A DNA stretch of 32,000 nucleotides from Burkholderiales bacterium 70-64 (lineage in GTDB: Bacteria > Pseudomonadota > Gammaproteobacteria > Burkholderiales > Burkholderiaceae_E). Location of the stretch: assembly GCA_001898645.1 (NCBI GenBank), contig MKUQ01000022.1, positions 82,443-114,442 of the forward strand. Reading direction: 5' to 3'. Position 1 is the stretch's first letter. The number at the start of each line of letters is the position of its first letter. The notes beneath the pieces are model-generated. The model was not told where the DNA came from. It saw only the letters and a program-made list of their open reading frames with translations, and searched no databases. This document shows positions 23,482-32,000 of this stretch, in pieces. The position numbers and the translations under genes were made by a program.

Positions 23482-23715
23482 GTGCGCGTCGAAGTCCAGA
23501 AGTGGGGAAACAGCGCCGCCGTGCGTGTCCCTGCTCCGGCGCTGAAAGATGCCGGCATGCAGGTTGGTCAAAGTCTCGAGTTGCGAGTCGAAGGAGGCAG
23601 GCTGGTCCTGGAACCGGCAACCGAAAGCCTCGAAGACCTGTTGGCGAAGATGACGCCGGAGAACCGCCATGGCTTGGCTCTGGAAGGGTCGTCCGTAGGG
23701 GCTGAAGCTTGGTGA
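23482..23715 (+). CDS. mazE: MazE/AbrB-type antitoxin
   Basis: VEVQKWGNSAAVRVPAPAL... SpoVT/AbrB swapped-hairpin motif. GTG start 7 nt after AGGAGA. The stop overlaps the toxin start. Confidence 0.8.
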   Translation: MRVEVQKWGNSAAVRVPAPALKDAGMQVGQSLELRVEGGRLVLEPATESLEDLLAKMTPENRHGLALEGSSVGAEAW

Positions 23716-24053
23716 CGCGAGCTTATGTCCCCGAGCGAGGCGATGTCGTCTGGCTGGACTTCACGCCGCAGGCGGGCCACGAGCAAGCGGGCCGTCGCCC
23801 TGCCCTCGTGCTTTCGCCGGCGGCTTACAACGGGAAGAGCGGCTTGATGCTCTGCTGCCCGCTCACCAACCAGGTAAAGGACTATCCATTCGAAGTGCCG
23901 GTCACGCCTTCCACCGGCAAGGTCAGCGGAGTTGCGCTGGCTGATCAGGTGCGATGTCTCGATTGGCACTCTCGTAATGCCTCGAAGTTCGCGTCGGTGA
24001 CGACGCAGTGTGCTCTGGATGTGAGTGCGAAAGTGAAGCTGCTCCTGCCCTGA
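23709..24053 (+). CDS. mazF: MazF/PemK-family endoribonuclease toxin
   Basis: YVPERGDVVWLDFTPQAGHEQAGRRPALVLSP...CPLTNQVKDYPFEV is a near-textbook MazF/ChpB motif set. The start is TTG 23709 or GTG 23712 (GTGA overlap). Confidence 0.85.
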   Translation: MVTRAYVPERGDVVWLDFTPQAGHEQAGRRPALVLSPAAYNGKSGLMLCCPLTNQVKDYPFEVPVTPSTGKVSGVALADQVRCLDWHSRNASKFASVTTQCALDVSAKVKLLLP

Positions 24054-24097
24054 GTAGTGGCGCGTCGCTTCGCGAGCAACGAAGCCCGGGGCCCGGC

Positions 24098-25840
24098 TCA
24101 TTGTCTCTCGCGCCGCGACCGCGCACGCTCGAGCAGCCGCAGCAGCTCGGGCAGCGGGCGCGTGTTGACCACGTCGCCGCGCTCGATCCAGCCGCGGCGC
24201 GCCTGCCCGACCCCGAAGCGCAGGTTGGCGAACTGCGCGGTATCGTGGGCGTCGGAGTCGATCGCGAGCAGCACGCCCTCGTCCTTGGCCATGCGGCAGT
24301 GCGTGTCGATGAGATCGAGCCGCTCGGGGTGGGCGTTGAGCTCGAGCCATGTGCCCCGCTCGCGCGCCTTGCGCATCACCTGCAGCATGTCGACGTCGTA
24401 GGGCTCGCGCTCGCCGATCAGCCGGCCGCTCGGGTGCGCGAGCAGCCTGACGTGGGGGTTCTCGAGCGCGCGCAGGATGCGGGCGGTCTGCTGCGCGCGG
24501 CTCAGGTTGAAGCGGCCGTGCACGGCAGCGACGACGAGGTCGAGGCCGGCCAGCGCGCTGTCGGGCAGGTCGAGCGCCCCGTCGTCGAGGATGTCGACCT
24601 CGATGCCCTTGAGCACGTGCATGCCGCGCGAGCGCGCATTGAACCGGTCGATCTCCTCGCCCTGCACGCGCAGCCGCTTCTCGTCGAGGCCGTGCGTCAT
24701 GCCCTGGCGGCGCGAGTGCTCGGTGATCGCGAGGTACTCGAAGCCGAGCGCCTTGGCGGCGGCGGCCATGGCCTCGAGGGTGTCGTGGCCGTCGGTGGCG
24801 GTGGTGTGCGCGTGCAGGTCGCCGCGCAGGTCGCCGGGCTCGATGAGCTTCGGCAGCCGCCCTGCCCTCGCCGCGTCGATCTCGCCGCGGTCCTCGCGCA
24901 GCTCCGGCTCGATCCACGGCAGGTCGAGCGCCGCGTAGACCGATTCCTCCGTGTCGCCGGCGATGCGCTCGTCGCCGCGGAACACGCCGTACTCGTTGAT
25001 CTTCAGCCCGCGATCCTGCGCCAGGCGGCGCAGCGTGATGTTGTGCGCCTTCGAGCCGGTGAAGTACACCAGCGCCGCTCCGAAGCTCCCGGGAGCGACC
25101 ACGCGCAGGTCGATCTGCAGGCCCCCGCGCAGCCGCACGCTGGCGCGCGTGGTGCCGCTCGAGAGCACCTCCTCGACCTCGGCGTAGCGGGTGAGCTGCT
25201 CGACCGCCCGGTTCCCCTTGCGCCCCTCGACCAGGATGTCGAGGTCGCCCACGGTCTCGCGCATGCGCCGGTAGCTGCCGGCGACGACCGTGCGCTCGAC
25301 GCCCTTGGCCCGTTGCAGGTGCGCGACCAGCGCATCGGCGTAGTGCCCGGCCACGGCGAGCTTGACGCGGTGCTCCTTCGACAGGTGCGCCGCGACCGCC
25401 GACTCGATCCTGCTTTCGGTCTTCTCGCCGAAACCGGGCAGCGCACGGATGCGGCCGTCGCGTGCGGCGCGCAGCACCTGCTCCGGCGTCTGCACATCGA
25501 GGTCGTGCCACAGCACCGCGACCCGCTTCGGGCCCAGCCCGGGCACCTGGAGCAGCTCGGTGACCGCCGGCGGCATCTCGCGGCGCAGGCGCTCCAGCAG
25601 CTCGCAGGTCCCGGTGGTGACGACCTCGCGGATCTTGCCGGCGAGATCGGCCCCGATGCCGCGCAGCCTGGGGAGGTCGCGGCCCTGCCCGACCATCTCG
25701 CCGACGTCGGCGCCCAGCTCCTGGAGCGTGCGCGCGGCGTTGCGGTAGGCGTTGATGCGGAACACGTTGGCGCCCTGGATCGCGAGCCGGTCGGCGATCT
25801 CGTCGAACACCGCCGCGACGGCAAGATTGCGCACCGGCAT
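24098..25840 (-). CDS. polX: DNA polymerase/3'-5' exonuclease PolX (family X polymerase plus PHP domain)
   Basis: N-terminal HhH pol-beta-like region (FRINAYRNAAR, GIG..LA.KI), GSYRR..ETVGDLDIL nucleotidyltransferase motif, and C-terminal PHP (DLHAHT..TDG, ITEHS, DSDAH). GGGAGGGAAG RBS before the ATG at 25840. The upstream part of the 787-aa track ORF is not credible. Confidence 0.9.
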   Translation of the reverse strand: MPVRNLAVAAVFDEIADRLAIQGANVFRINAYRNAARTLQELGADVGEMVGQGRDLPRLRGIGADLAGKIREVVTTGTCELLERLRREMPPAVTELLQVPGLGPKRVAVLWHDLDVQTPEQVLRAARDGRIRALPGFGEKTESRIESAVAAHLSKEHRVKLAVAGHYADALVAHLQRAKGVERTVVAGSYRRMRETVGDLDILVEGRKGNRAVEQLTRYAEVEEVLSSGTTRASVRLRGGLQIDLRVVAPGSFGAALVYFTGSKAHNITLRRLAQDRGLKINEYGVFRGDERIAGDTEESVYAALDLPWIEPELREDRGEIDAARAGRLPKLIEPGDLRGDLHAHTTATDGHDTLEAMAAAAKALGFEYLAITEHSRRQGMTHGLDEKRLRVQGEEIDRFNARSRGMHVLKGIEVDILDDGALDLPDSALAGLDLVVAAVHGRFNLSRAQQTARILRALENPHVRLLAHPSGRLIGEREPYDVDMLQVMRKARERGTWLELNAHPERLDLIDTHCRMAKDEGVLLAIDSDAHDTAQFANLRFGVGQARRGWIERGDVVNTRPLPELLRLLERARSRRERQ

Positions 25841-26045
25841 CTTCCCTCCCTCTGCAAGCCCCTGAATGATCCGGCGCTCGTCGAGGGAGATCAACCCCAT
25901 GCACCGTGCTCTGCGACGCGGATCGCGGCCGCCCAGCGCTGCCCGATGCGGGCGCCTCCGGCCGGGCGCTTGGCGCCGTACGCAGCCTCGCTGGCCGGCC
26001 CGCGACCGCGCTGCTAGACTTCCCGCGCACACGGAGGATCCCGAG

Positions 26046-27302
26046 ATGCTGCGAAGACTCGCCCTCGCCGGCGCCGCGCTGGCGGCGTTCGGCGTCGCGC
26101 CGGCCCAGGCGGCCTGCACCACCACGATCGGCAGCGTGATGTCGCTCACCGGCTCGCTGGCCGCCCTCGGCCAGGAGATCGCCAAGGGCGCGCAGCTGGC
26201 CATCGCCGACCTGAACGCGGCCGGCGGCGTGAACGGCTGCCAGCTGGCGCTGTCGCTGCTCGACGACCAGACCAACCCGTCGGTGGGGGTCGATGCCGCA
26301 CGCAAGCTGGTCGACGTGCAGCACGTGCCGGCGATCGTGGGCGCACTCTCGAGCGGGGTGAGCGCGGCCATCCTCGCCTCGGTGACGGCCTCGGCCAAGG
26401 TGGTGGAGATCTCGCCCGCCTCGACCTCGCCCTCCTTCACCGAGCTCGCCCAGCAGGGCAAGACGGGCGGCTACTGGTTCCGCACCTGCCCCTCGGACGC
26501 GCTGCAGGGCGTGGCCATGGCCAAGCTGGCGAGCGACGCGAAGCTGAAGAAGGTGGCCGTGCTGTACCTGAACAACGCCTACGGGCAGGGCCTGAGCAGG
26601 GAGTTCTCCCACGCCTTCGAGAAGCTGGGCGGCGCGATCACCCAGAACGTCGCCTACAACCCGAGCCAGCCTTCGTATCGCTCGGAGGTGAACAAGGCGC
26701 TCTCGCCGAAGCCCGAGGCGCTGTTCCTGATCGGCTATCCCGGCGACGGCACCACCATCGCGCGCGAGTGGATCGCCGCGGGCGGCCCGCAGCGCTTCCT
26801 GCTGCCCGACGGGCTGCAGTCGCAGGACTTCGCCAACGACGTCGGCGCGCGCTACCTGAAGGACGTCCTCGGCACGGCCGCCGGCTCGGTCGATACGCCC
26901 TCGCTCGAGACGTTCAGGAAGGGCTACCAGGCCAGGTACGGCGCGCTGCCCGCGCAGCCCTACATCACCAACGCCTACGACGCCACGGTGCTCGTGGGCC
27001 TGGCGATGGCGCGTGCCCGGGCGGCCACCGGAACGGCGATCCGCGACAACCTGCGCAAGGTCACCGATCCCAAGGGCGAGAAGGCCTACGCCGGGGTCGA
27101 GGGCCTGAAGAAGGCCCTGGAGCTGGCCGCCGCCGGCAAGCCGGTGCAGTACGTGGGCGCCTCGGGGCCGCTGCAGTTCGACGCCAACGGCGACATCGAT
27201 GCGCCGATGGTGGTGTGGAAGGTCGACGCCGCGGGCAAGGTCGTTCCGACCGGCATGATGCCGGTCGAGCAGATCGGGGAGCTGCGCGCGCGCATGCGCT
27301 GA
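26046..27302 (+). CDS. ABC transporter substrate-binding protein, branched-chain amino acid (LivK-like, PBP1) family
   Basis: Signal peptide followed by IGSVMSLTGSLAALGQEIAKGAQLAIADLNAAGGVNG. GGAGGA RBS. Confidence 0.9.
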   Translation: MLRRLALAGAALAAFGVAPAQAACTTTIGSVMSLTGSLAALGQEIAKGAQLAIADLNAAGGVNGCQLALSLLDDQTNPSVGVDAARKLVDVQHVPAIVGALSSGVSAAILASVTASAKVVEISPASTSPSFTELAQQGKTGGYWFRTCPSDALQGVAMAKLASDAKLKKVAVLYLNNAYGQGLSREFSHAFEKLGGAITQNVAYNPSQPSYRSEVNKALSPKPEALFLIGYPGDGTTIAREWIAAGGPQRFLLPDGLQSQDFANDVGARYLKDVLGTAAGSVDTPSLETFRKGYQARYGALPAQPYITNAYDATVLVGLAMARARAATGTAIRDNLRKVTDPKGEKAYAGVEGLKKALELAAAGKPVQYVGASGPLQFDANGDIDAPMVVWKVDAAGKVVPTGMMPVEQIGELRARMR

Positions 27303-27304
27303 CG

Positions 27305-28063
27305 ATGCTCGAAGTCGCGCGGCTGGTGAAGGAGTTCGGCGGGCTGCGCGCCGTCGACGACGTTTCCTTCACGCTGCGCGAAGGCACGATCACCGGGCTG
27401 ATCGGCCCCAACGGCGCAGGCAAGACCACGCTGTTCGACACCATCGCCGGCGTGCACCGGCCCGACGGCGGAGAGATCGTCTTCCGCGGCCGGCGCATCG
27501 GCGGCCGACCCCCGCACCGCATCTTCGGCGAGGGGCTGGTGCGCACCTTCCAGATTCCGCGCCCCTTCGCCGGCATGACGGTGCTCGAGAACTGCATGCT
27601 GGTGCCGCAGGCACAGGCCGGCGAGCGCTTCTGGAACAACTGGGTGGCACGTGGGCGCGTACGCGCCCAGGAGCGCGCGATCCGCGAGCGGGCGCTGGAG
27701 ACGCTCGAGTTCGTCGGGCTGGCGCGCCTGCGCGGGGAGTTCGCGCGCAACCTCTCGGGCGGGCAGCAGAAGCTCCTCGAGCTGGCGCGCGTGCTGATGG
27801 CCGAGCCGCGGCTGATCCTGCTCGACGAGCCGGGCGCGGGCGTGAACCCCACCCTGCTCACGGCCATCGTCGAGCGGCTGCGCGAGCTGCACGCGCGCGG
27901 CATCACCTTCCTGGTCATCGAGCACAACATGGATCTGGTCATGAACCTGTGCGACCCGATCCTGGTGATGGCCCAGGGCAAGCTGCTCATGCAGGGCTCG
28001 CCCGAGGCGGTGCGCAGCGACGCCCGCGTGCTCGAGGCCTACCTCGGCGGGGCGCCGGCTTGA
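27305..28063 (+). CDS. ABC transporter ATP-binding protein (LivG-like)
   Basis: Walker A GPNGAGKTT, signature LSGGQQK, Walker B LILLDEP. Confidence 0.9.
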   Translation: MLEVARLVKEFGGLRAVDDVSFTLREGTITGLIGPNGAGKTTLFDTIAGVHRPDGGEIVFRGRRIGGRPPHRIFGEGLVRTFQIPRPFAGMTVLENCMLVPQAQAGERFWNNWVARGRVRAQERAIRERALETLEFVGLARLRGEFARNLSGGQQKLLELARVLMAEPRLILLDEPGAGVNPTLLTAIVERLRELHARGITFLVIEHNMDLVMNLCDPILVMAQGKLLMQGSPEAVRSDARVLEAYLGGAPA

Positions 28064-28803
28064 GCGCGCCGGCGCTCGAGGTGCGGGCGCTGGTCGCCGG
28101 CTACGTGCCGGAGCTCGACATCCTGCGCGGCGTCTCGCTCGAGGTGCGCGAGCACGAGATCGTCACCGTGCTCGGCCCCAACGGAGCAGGCAAGTCCACG
28201 CTGATGAAGACGATCGCCGGCCTCGTGCCGATGCGCGCCGGCACGATCCGCCTGTTCGGGACCGATCTCCCGGGAGTGGCCGCGCACCGCATGGTGCGCC
28301 ATGGCCTGGCCTACGTGCCGCAGGTGGGCAACGTGTTCGCGCGCCTGTCGATCGAGGAGAACCTGGCCATCGGCGCATGCGCGCGCACCGACCGCGCGGC
28401 GATCGAGGAGGACCTGGCGCGCATGTACGCCCTCTTCCCGCGCCTCGGCGAGCGCCGGCGCCAGCCCGCCGGCACGCTCTCGGGCGGCGAGCGCCAGATG
28501 GTGGCCGTAGCGCGCGCGCTCATGGCGCGCCCGCGCGTGCTGATGCTCGACGAGCCGTCGGCGGGGCTCTCCCCGCTGATGGTGGGGACGCTCTTCGCCA
28601 AGGTGCGCGAGGTGCGCGAGGTGCGCGAGACAGGCCTGAGCATCCTCGTGGTGGAGCAGAACGCGCGCGCCGCGCTCGCCGTCTCCGACCGCGGCTACGT
28701 GCTCGCCGAGGGCCGCGAGCGCATCACGGGCGACGCGCACGCGCTGCTCGCCGACCCCGAAGTGGGCGAGCTGTACCTGGGCGCACGGCGCGCGCTGGCA
28801 TGA
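28060..28803 (+). CDS. ABC transporter ATP-binding protein (LivF-like)
   Basis: GPNGAGKST, LSGGERQM, LMLDEPS. The probable TTG start overlaps the upstream stop (TTGA). The start is uncertain. Confidence 0.85.
   Translation: MSAPALEVRALVAGYVPELDILRGVSLEVREHEIVTVLGPNGAGKSTLMKTIAGLVPMRAGTIRLFGTDLPGVAAHRMVRHGLAYVPQVGNVFARLSIEENLAIGACARTDRAAIEEDLARMYALFPRLGERRRQPAGTLSGGERQMVAVARALMARPRVLMLDEPSAGLSPLMVGTLFAKVREVREVRETGLSILVVEQNARAALAVSDRGYVLAEGRERITGDAHALLADPEVGELYLGARRALA
28603..28629 (+). repeat. perfect 9-bp tandem repeat x3 (GTGCGCGAG), in frame (VRE-VRE-VRE) inside the LivF-like gene
   Basis: Read directly. Confidence 0.9.
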
Positions 28804-29693
28804 TCGCCCAGTACGCCGCGGACGGCATCGTGCTCGGGGCCACCCTCGCGCTGGGCGCGATCGGGCTCACCCTCACCTACAACATCCTGCGCTTCGCCAA
28901 CTTCGCGCACGGCGAGTTCCTCACCTTCGGAGCGTATTTCGCGCTGGTGTTCGCCGCCCTCTTCGCCGGCGGCCAGACGCTCGGCCCGCTCACCTTCGGC
29001 TGGGGCTTCCTGGAAGCAGTGGCCGCGGCCGTGGTCCTCACCGGCCTGCTGGCGCTCGTGCTCGATCGCCTGCTGTTTCGCGCCCTGCGGCGCAGCGACG
29101 TCACCGTGACGCTGGTGATCGCCTCGTTCGGCGCATCGCTGATGCTGCGCAACGTGGTGGTGTTCGTCTGGGGCTCGCGTCCCGAGTACTACTCGCGCGA
29201 GATCGCCGTGCGCAGCGAGCTCCTGCCGGGCGTGTTCATGAGCGCCGACGAGGTGTTCGTGATCGGGCTCACCGCGCTGGCCATGCTCGCGCTCGCCCTC
29301 TTCCTCTCGCGCACGCGCCTGGGCCGCGCCATGCGAGCGGTCTCCGACGATCCCGCGCTCGCGCGCGTGTCCGGCATCGACGTGCAGGCGGTGATCCGCT
29401 GGACCTGGCTCATCGGCGGCGGCCTGGCTGCGGTGGCCGGAGCGCTGTTCGGGCTCACCGTCCAGATCTCCCCGGAGATGGGCTTCAACATGATCCTGCC
29501 GATGTTCGCCGCGGCCATCCTCGGCGGCGTGGGCAGCATCCAGGGCGCGGTGCTGGGCGGGCTCGTCATCGGGCTGGCGCAGGCGCTCTCGGTGCCGCTG
29601 ATCGGCGCGGCGTACAAGCCGGCGGTCGCCTTCGCGCTGATGTTCCTGATCCTGCTCTTCTACCCCAGGGGAATCCTCGGAGGACGCACGTGA
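28800..29693 (+). CDS. branched-chain amino acid ABC transporter permease (LivH-like)
   Basis: 297 aa, polytopic. N-terminal GLTLTYNILRFANFAHGEF motif. ATGA overlap. Confidence 0.9.
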   Translation: MIAQYAADGIVLGATLALGAIGLTLTYNILRFANFAHGEFLTFGAYFALVFAALFAGGQTLGPLTFGWGFLEAVAAAVVLTGLLALVLDRLLFRALRRSDVTVTLVIASFGASLMLRNVVVFVWGSRPEYYSREIAVRSELLPGVFMSADEVFVIGLTALAMLALALFLSRTRLGRAMRAVSDDPALARVSGIDVQAVIRWTWLIGGGLAAVAGALFGLTVQISPEMGFNMILPMFAAAILGGVGSIQGAVLGGLVIGLAQALSVPLIGAAYKPAVAFALMFLILLFYPRGILGGRT

Positions 29694-30670
29694 GCGACCT
29701 GGGCGGCCTGCTGTCCTACGGGGTGTTCTTCCTCGCGCAGGCGGCGATCTTCGCGGTCGTGTGCCTGGGGCTGAACCTGCAGTGGGGCTACACCGGCCTG
29801 TTCAACATCGGGGTGTCGGGCTTCTTCCTCGTCGGGGCCTATGCCTTCGCGATCCTGTGCGGGCCCGAGTACCCGATGCGCCTGGGCGGCTTCGGGCTGC
29901 CCTTCCCGGTCGGGCTCGCAGGCAGCGTCGCGGCGGCGGCGCTGGTCGCCTGGGTGGTCGGCATCCCGACGCTGCGATTGCGCGGGGACTACCTCGCCAT
30001 CGTCACCATCGGCATCGCCGCCACGCTGCAGCTGGTGGCACTCAACGCTCAGTGGCTCACCGGAGGCAGCCAGGGCACCGGCGGCATCCCGCGCCCGCTG
30101 CCGGAGGCGGCCGACACCGTGCTCGGGCGCAACCTGCTGATGCTGGCCGTCGTGGCGGCCGTCGTCGTCGCGGTGTACGCGGCGCTCGAGGCCGTGGTGC
30201 GCTCGCCCTGGGGTCGCGTGCTCAAGGCGATCCGCGAGGACGAGACCGCTGCCTCGTCGCTGGGCAAGAACGCCTTCGCCTTCCGCCTGCAGGCATTCGC
30301 GATCGGCTCGGCCATCATGGGCGCGGGCGGTGCGCTCCATGCCAGCTTCATCGGCTTCGTGAGCCCGCAGGACTTCCAGCCCGTCCTCACCTTCCAGGTG
30401 TGGACCATGCTGGTGGTCGGCGGCAGCGGCAACAACCGGGGCGCGGTGCTCGGGGCACTGCTCATGTGGGCGGTGTGGACGCTCAGCGGCAGCCTCGCCC
30501 AGCAATTGCTGCCGGCCGACCTGCAGGTCAAGGGCGGCGCCGCACAGGTGGTGCTGATCGGGCTGGTGCTGATGGCGATGCTGGTGCTGCGGCCGCGCGG
30601 CCTGATCGGCGAGGAGGCGGTGGTGTCGCGCGAGGCCGAAGTGGGCCCCGCGCGCGGGGCCGGCCGTTAG
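29690..30670 (+). CDS. branched-chain amino acid ABC transporter permease (LivM-like)
   Basis: 326 aa, polytopic. LNLQWGYTGLFNIG and LRGDYLAIVTIG motifs. GTGA overlap. GGAGGA RBS. Confidence 0.9.
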   Translation: MSDLGGLLSYGVFFLAQAAIFAVVCLGLNLQWGYTGLFNIGVSGFFLVGAYAFAILCGPEYPMRLGGFGLPFPVGLAGSVAAAALVAWVVGIPTLRLRGDYLAIVTIGIAATLQLVALNAQWLTGGSQGTGGIPRPLPEAADTVLGRNLLMLAVVAAVVVAVYAALEAVVRSPWGRVLKAIREDETAASSLGKNAFAFRLQAFAIGSAIMGAGGALHASFIGFVSPQDFQPVLTFQVWTMLVVGGSGNNRGAVLGALLMWAVWTLSGSLAQQLLPADLQVKGGAAQVVLIGLVLMAMLVLRPRGLIGEEAVVSREAEVGPARGAGR

Positions 30671-30694
30671 CACCGCCGCAACTTGAAGACGTCT

Positions 30695-31300
30695 TCAGGC
30701 GAGCCCTTCCGCCTCGAGCGCGCGCCGCACGGCCGGGCGCTGGGCGACGCGGCCCATGTAGGCGGCGAGGTTGGCGCGCGACGAGATGTCGAGCTTCATC
30801 GGCACGGTCCAGCGGGTGACCACGAACAGGTAGGCGTCGGCCACGGTGAAGTCGTCGCCCATGAGGTACTGCCTGCCCGCCAGCTGCCCGTCGACCCAGG
30901 CGTAGCGGCCCAGCAGCTTCTCGCGGTTGATCGCCTTGGCCTCTTCCGGATAGGCCGGGTTGAACAGCGGGCTGAACTGCTTGTGGATCTCGGCGGTGAC
31001 GAAGTTGAGCCATTCCATGACGCGGTAGCGCGCCATCGTTCCTGCCGGCGGCGCGAGCTTCTTCGCCGGCACCTGGTCGGCGATCCACTGCACGATCACC
31101 GGCCCTTCGGTCAGCCGCTGGCCGTCGTCGAGCTCGAGCAGCGGCACGTAGCCCTTGGGGTTGACGGTGTAGTAGTCGGTGCCGTCCTGCAGCTTGTGCG
31201 TCTTGGTGCTGGCCAGCACGGCCTCGAACGGCAGCCCGGATTCGTGGAGCACAATGTGCGGAGACAGCGAGCAGGCGCCGGGCGAGTAGTACAGCTTCAT
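30695..31300 (-). CDS. glutathione S-transferase (beta-class, GstA-like)
   Basis: MKLYYSPGACSLSPHIVL... with the catalytic Cys, 201 aa. Confidence 0.9.
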   Translation of the reverse strand: MKLYYSPGACSLSPHIVLHESGLPFEAVLASTKTHKLQDGTDYYTVNPKGYVPLLELDDGQRLTEGPVIVQWIADQVPAKKLAPPAGTMARYRVMEWLNFVTAEIHKQFSPLFNPAYPEEAKAINREKLLGRYAWVDGQLAGRQYLMGDDFTVADAYLFVVTRWTVPMKLDISSRANLAAYMGRVAQRPAVRRALEAEGLA

Positions 31301-31326
31301 GAGCAGACCTCCAGGGGAAACCCCGG

Positions 31327-31857
31327 ATGATAGGCTTCTTCACCATCGGACATTCGACGCGGTCGGTCGCCGAGCTCGCAGCCCTGCTGCAGGAGGCCGG
31401 CTGCGACCTGGTCGTGGACGTGCGCACCGTCCCGCGCTCGCGCACCAACCCCCAGTTCAACGGCGATACCCTGCCCGCCGCGCTCGCCGCGTTCGGCATC
31501 GGCTATCGCCACCTGGCCGCGCTGGGCGGCCTGCGCGGCCGGCGCAAGGACGCCCCGCCCTCGCCCAACGGCTGGTGGGAGAACGCCAGCTTTCGCAACT
31601 ACGCCGACTACGCGGCGAGCCCGCCGTTTCGCGCCGGGCTGCAGGCGCTGCGCGCGCTGGGCGAGAGCCACCGCTGCGCCATCATGTGCGCGGAGGCGGT
31701 ATGGTGGCGCTGCCATCGCCGCATCATCGCGGACTATCTGCTGCTCGAGGGCGAGCCGGTGTTCCACATCATGGGGCACGGCAAGATCGAGCCGGCCACG
31801 CCGACGCCGGCCGCGCTCCGCCAGGCCGACGGCACGCTCACCTATCCGCCGCACTGA
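31327..31857 (+). CDS. DUF488 family protein (long form)
   Basis: FTIGHS...DVR..P.S...P.F and the C-terminal CAE..WW.CHRR.IADYL motif. Confidence 0.8.
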   Translation: MIGFFTIGHSTRSVAELAALLQEAGCDLVVDVRTVPRSRTNPQFNGDTLPAALAAFGIGYRHLAALGGLRGRRKDAPPSPNGWWENASFRNYADYAASPPFRAGLQALRALGESHRCAIMCAEAVWWRCHRRIIADYLLLEGEPVFHIMGHGKIEPATPTPAALRQADGTLTYPPH

Positions 31858-31959
31858 GTCGGCCACGGCCGCTCTCCATCCGTCGAGCATCCGGCGGGGG
31901 ATGCGCGAACCCGGGACGACTGGGATACCCTCTCCCCTCGATACGGAACGCCGCGCGCC

Positions 31960-32000
31960 ATGATGCCCCGATTCGCCGCCAACCTCACCCTGCTGTTCAC
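31960..32000 (+). CDS. start of a hydroxypyruvate isomerase-like (Hyi/TIM-barrel) gene, cut by the window edge
   Basis: MMPRFAANLTLLF resembles the conserved Hyi N-terminus (MP.FAANLSM.F). Only 13 codons are visible. Confidence 0.4.
   Translation, partial: MMPRFAANLTLLF

Noticed and set aside
24054-24097. Searched for a distal Xer site or terminator closing the mazEF module
   Set aside because: No TTATGT-type arm is present. Only short GC hairpins (GCTTCG-N7-CGAAGC, CCGGGGCCCGG) without a U-tract, so neither an att site nor a confident terminator is claimed.
23568-26612. 1014-aa minus-strand ORF, and the 25841-26461 N-terminal extension of the polX frame
   Set aside because: Low-complexity Arg/Gly/Ala/Pro translation overlapping well-supported genes (mazEF, polX, livK-like) in other frames. 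The polX start at 25840 has a strong RBS, and the protein is full length from there.
15268-31857. Two DUF488 genes (15268-15630 and 31327-31857) flanking the island-containing region as a possible large repeat
   Set aside because: They are different subtypes (120 versus 176 aa) with only family-level similarity, and I saw no nucleotide repeat. This is most likely coincidental paralogy.
1-32000. FtsK-orienting KOPS (GGGNAGGG) polarity around the dif-like site as support for a terminus location
   Set aside because: Only a handful of matches were spotted by eye (for example near 8812 and 13847 on the plus strand left of dif, but also one near 26583 in the wrong orientation). That is too few for a meaningful skew, and it needs genome-scale counting.
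1-32000. CRISPR arrays, tRNA/rRNA genes, transposases or integrases
   Set aside because: I saw no regularly spaced direct repeats, no cloverleaf-like or rRNA-like segments, and no DDE or tyrosine/serine recombinase-like ORFs on either strand.

Overview
High-GC (roughly 68-70% by eye) proteobacterial chromosome, probably betaproteobacterial judging by the mltG-tmk-holB-pilZ-tatD gene order (weak inference). Coordinates 1-15630 and 24098-32000 hold ordinary core genes. These include SDR, nitroreductase, biotin carboxylase, EthD, an MDR oxidoreductase, an esterase, GNAT/DUF4197, NRDE, DUF4936-ygfZ, mltG-tmk-holB-pilZ-tatD, an ankyrin protein, a ZIP transporter, DoxX, DUF488, polX, a five-gene Liv-type ABC transporter, GST, a second DUF488 and the start of a hydroxypyruvate isomerase-like gene. 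Between them lies an ~8.4 kb lower-GC accessory island (15631-24097) with no integrase or transposase. Its core is a complete filamentous (inovirus-like) prophage of ~6.9 kb. It encodes an HUH rolling-circle Rep, a gene-V-like ssDNA-binding protein, a major coat protein, a pIII-like protein, a pVI-like protein, a Zot/pI ATPase and two divergently transcribed regulators. The prophage is bracketed by two directly oriented 28-bp dif-like XerC/XerD sites (16049-16076 and 23015-23042), so it looks like a Xer-dependent IMEX sitting at the chromosomal dif locus. The main points of interest are: (i) three paralogous HTH genes that each abut a dif-like site, with reading frames starting inside the site; (ii) a 13-bp palindrome GTTAC-N3-GTAAC recurring at least 6 times, only inside the prophage and mostly at gene junctions and promoter regions; (iii) a ~1 kb dif-adjacent mini-module carrying only an HTH paralog plus mazEF; (iv) a strong intrinsic terminator immediately after the dif site. 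No rRNA, tRNA or CRISPR array was seen. All protein calls rest on motif and family recognition by eye, since no database search was possible. Many long ORFs in the supplied track are high-GC antisense or out-of-frame artefacts.
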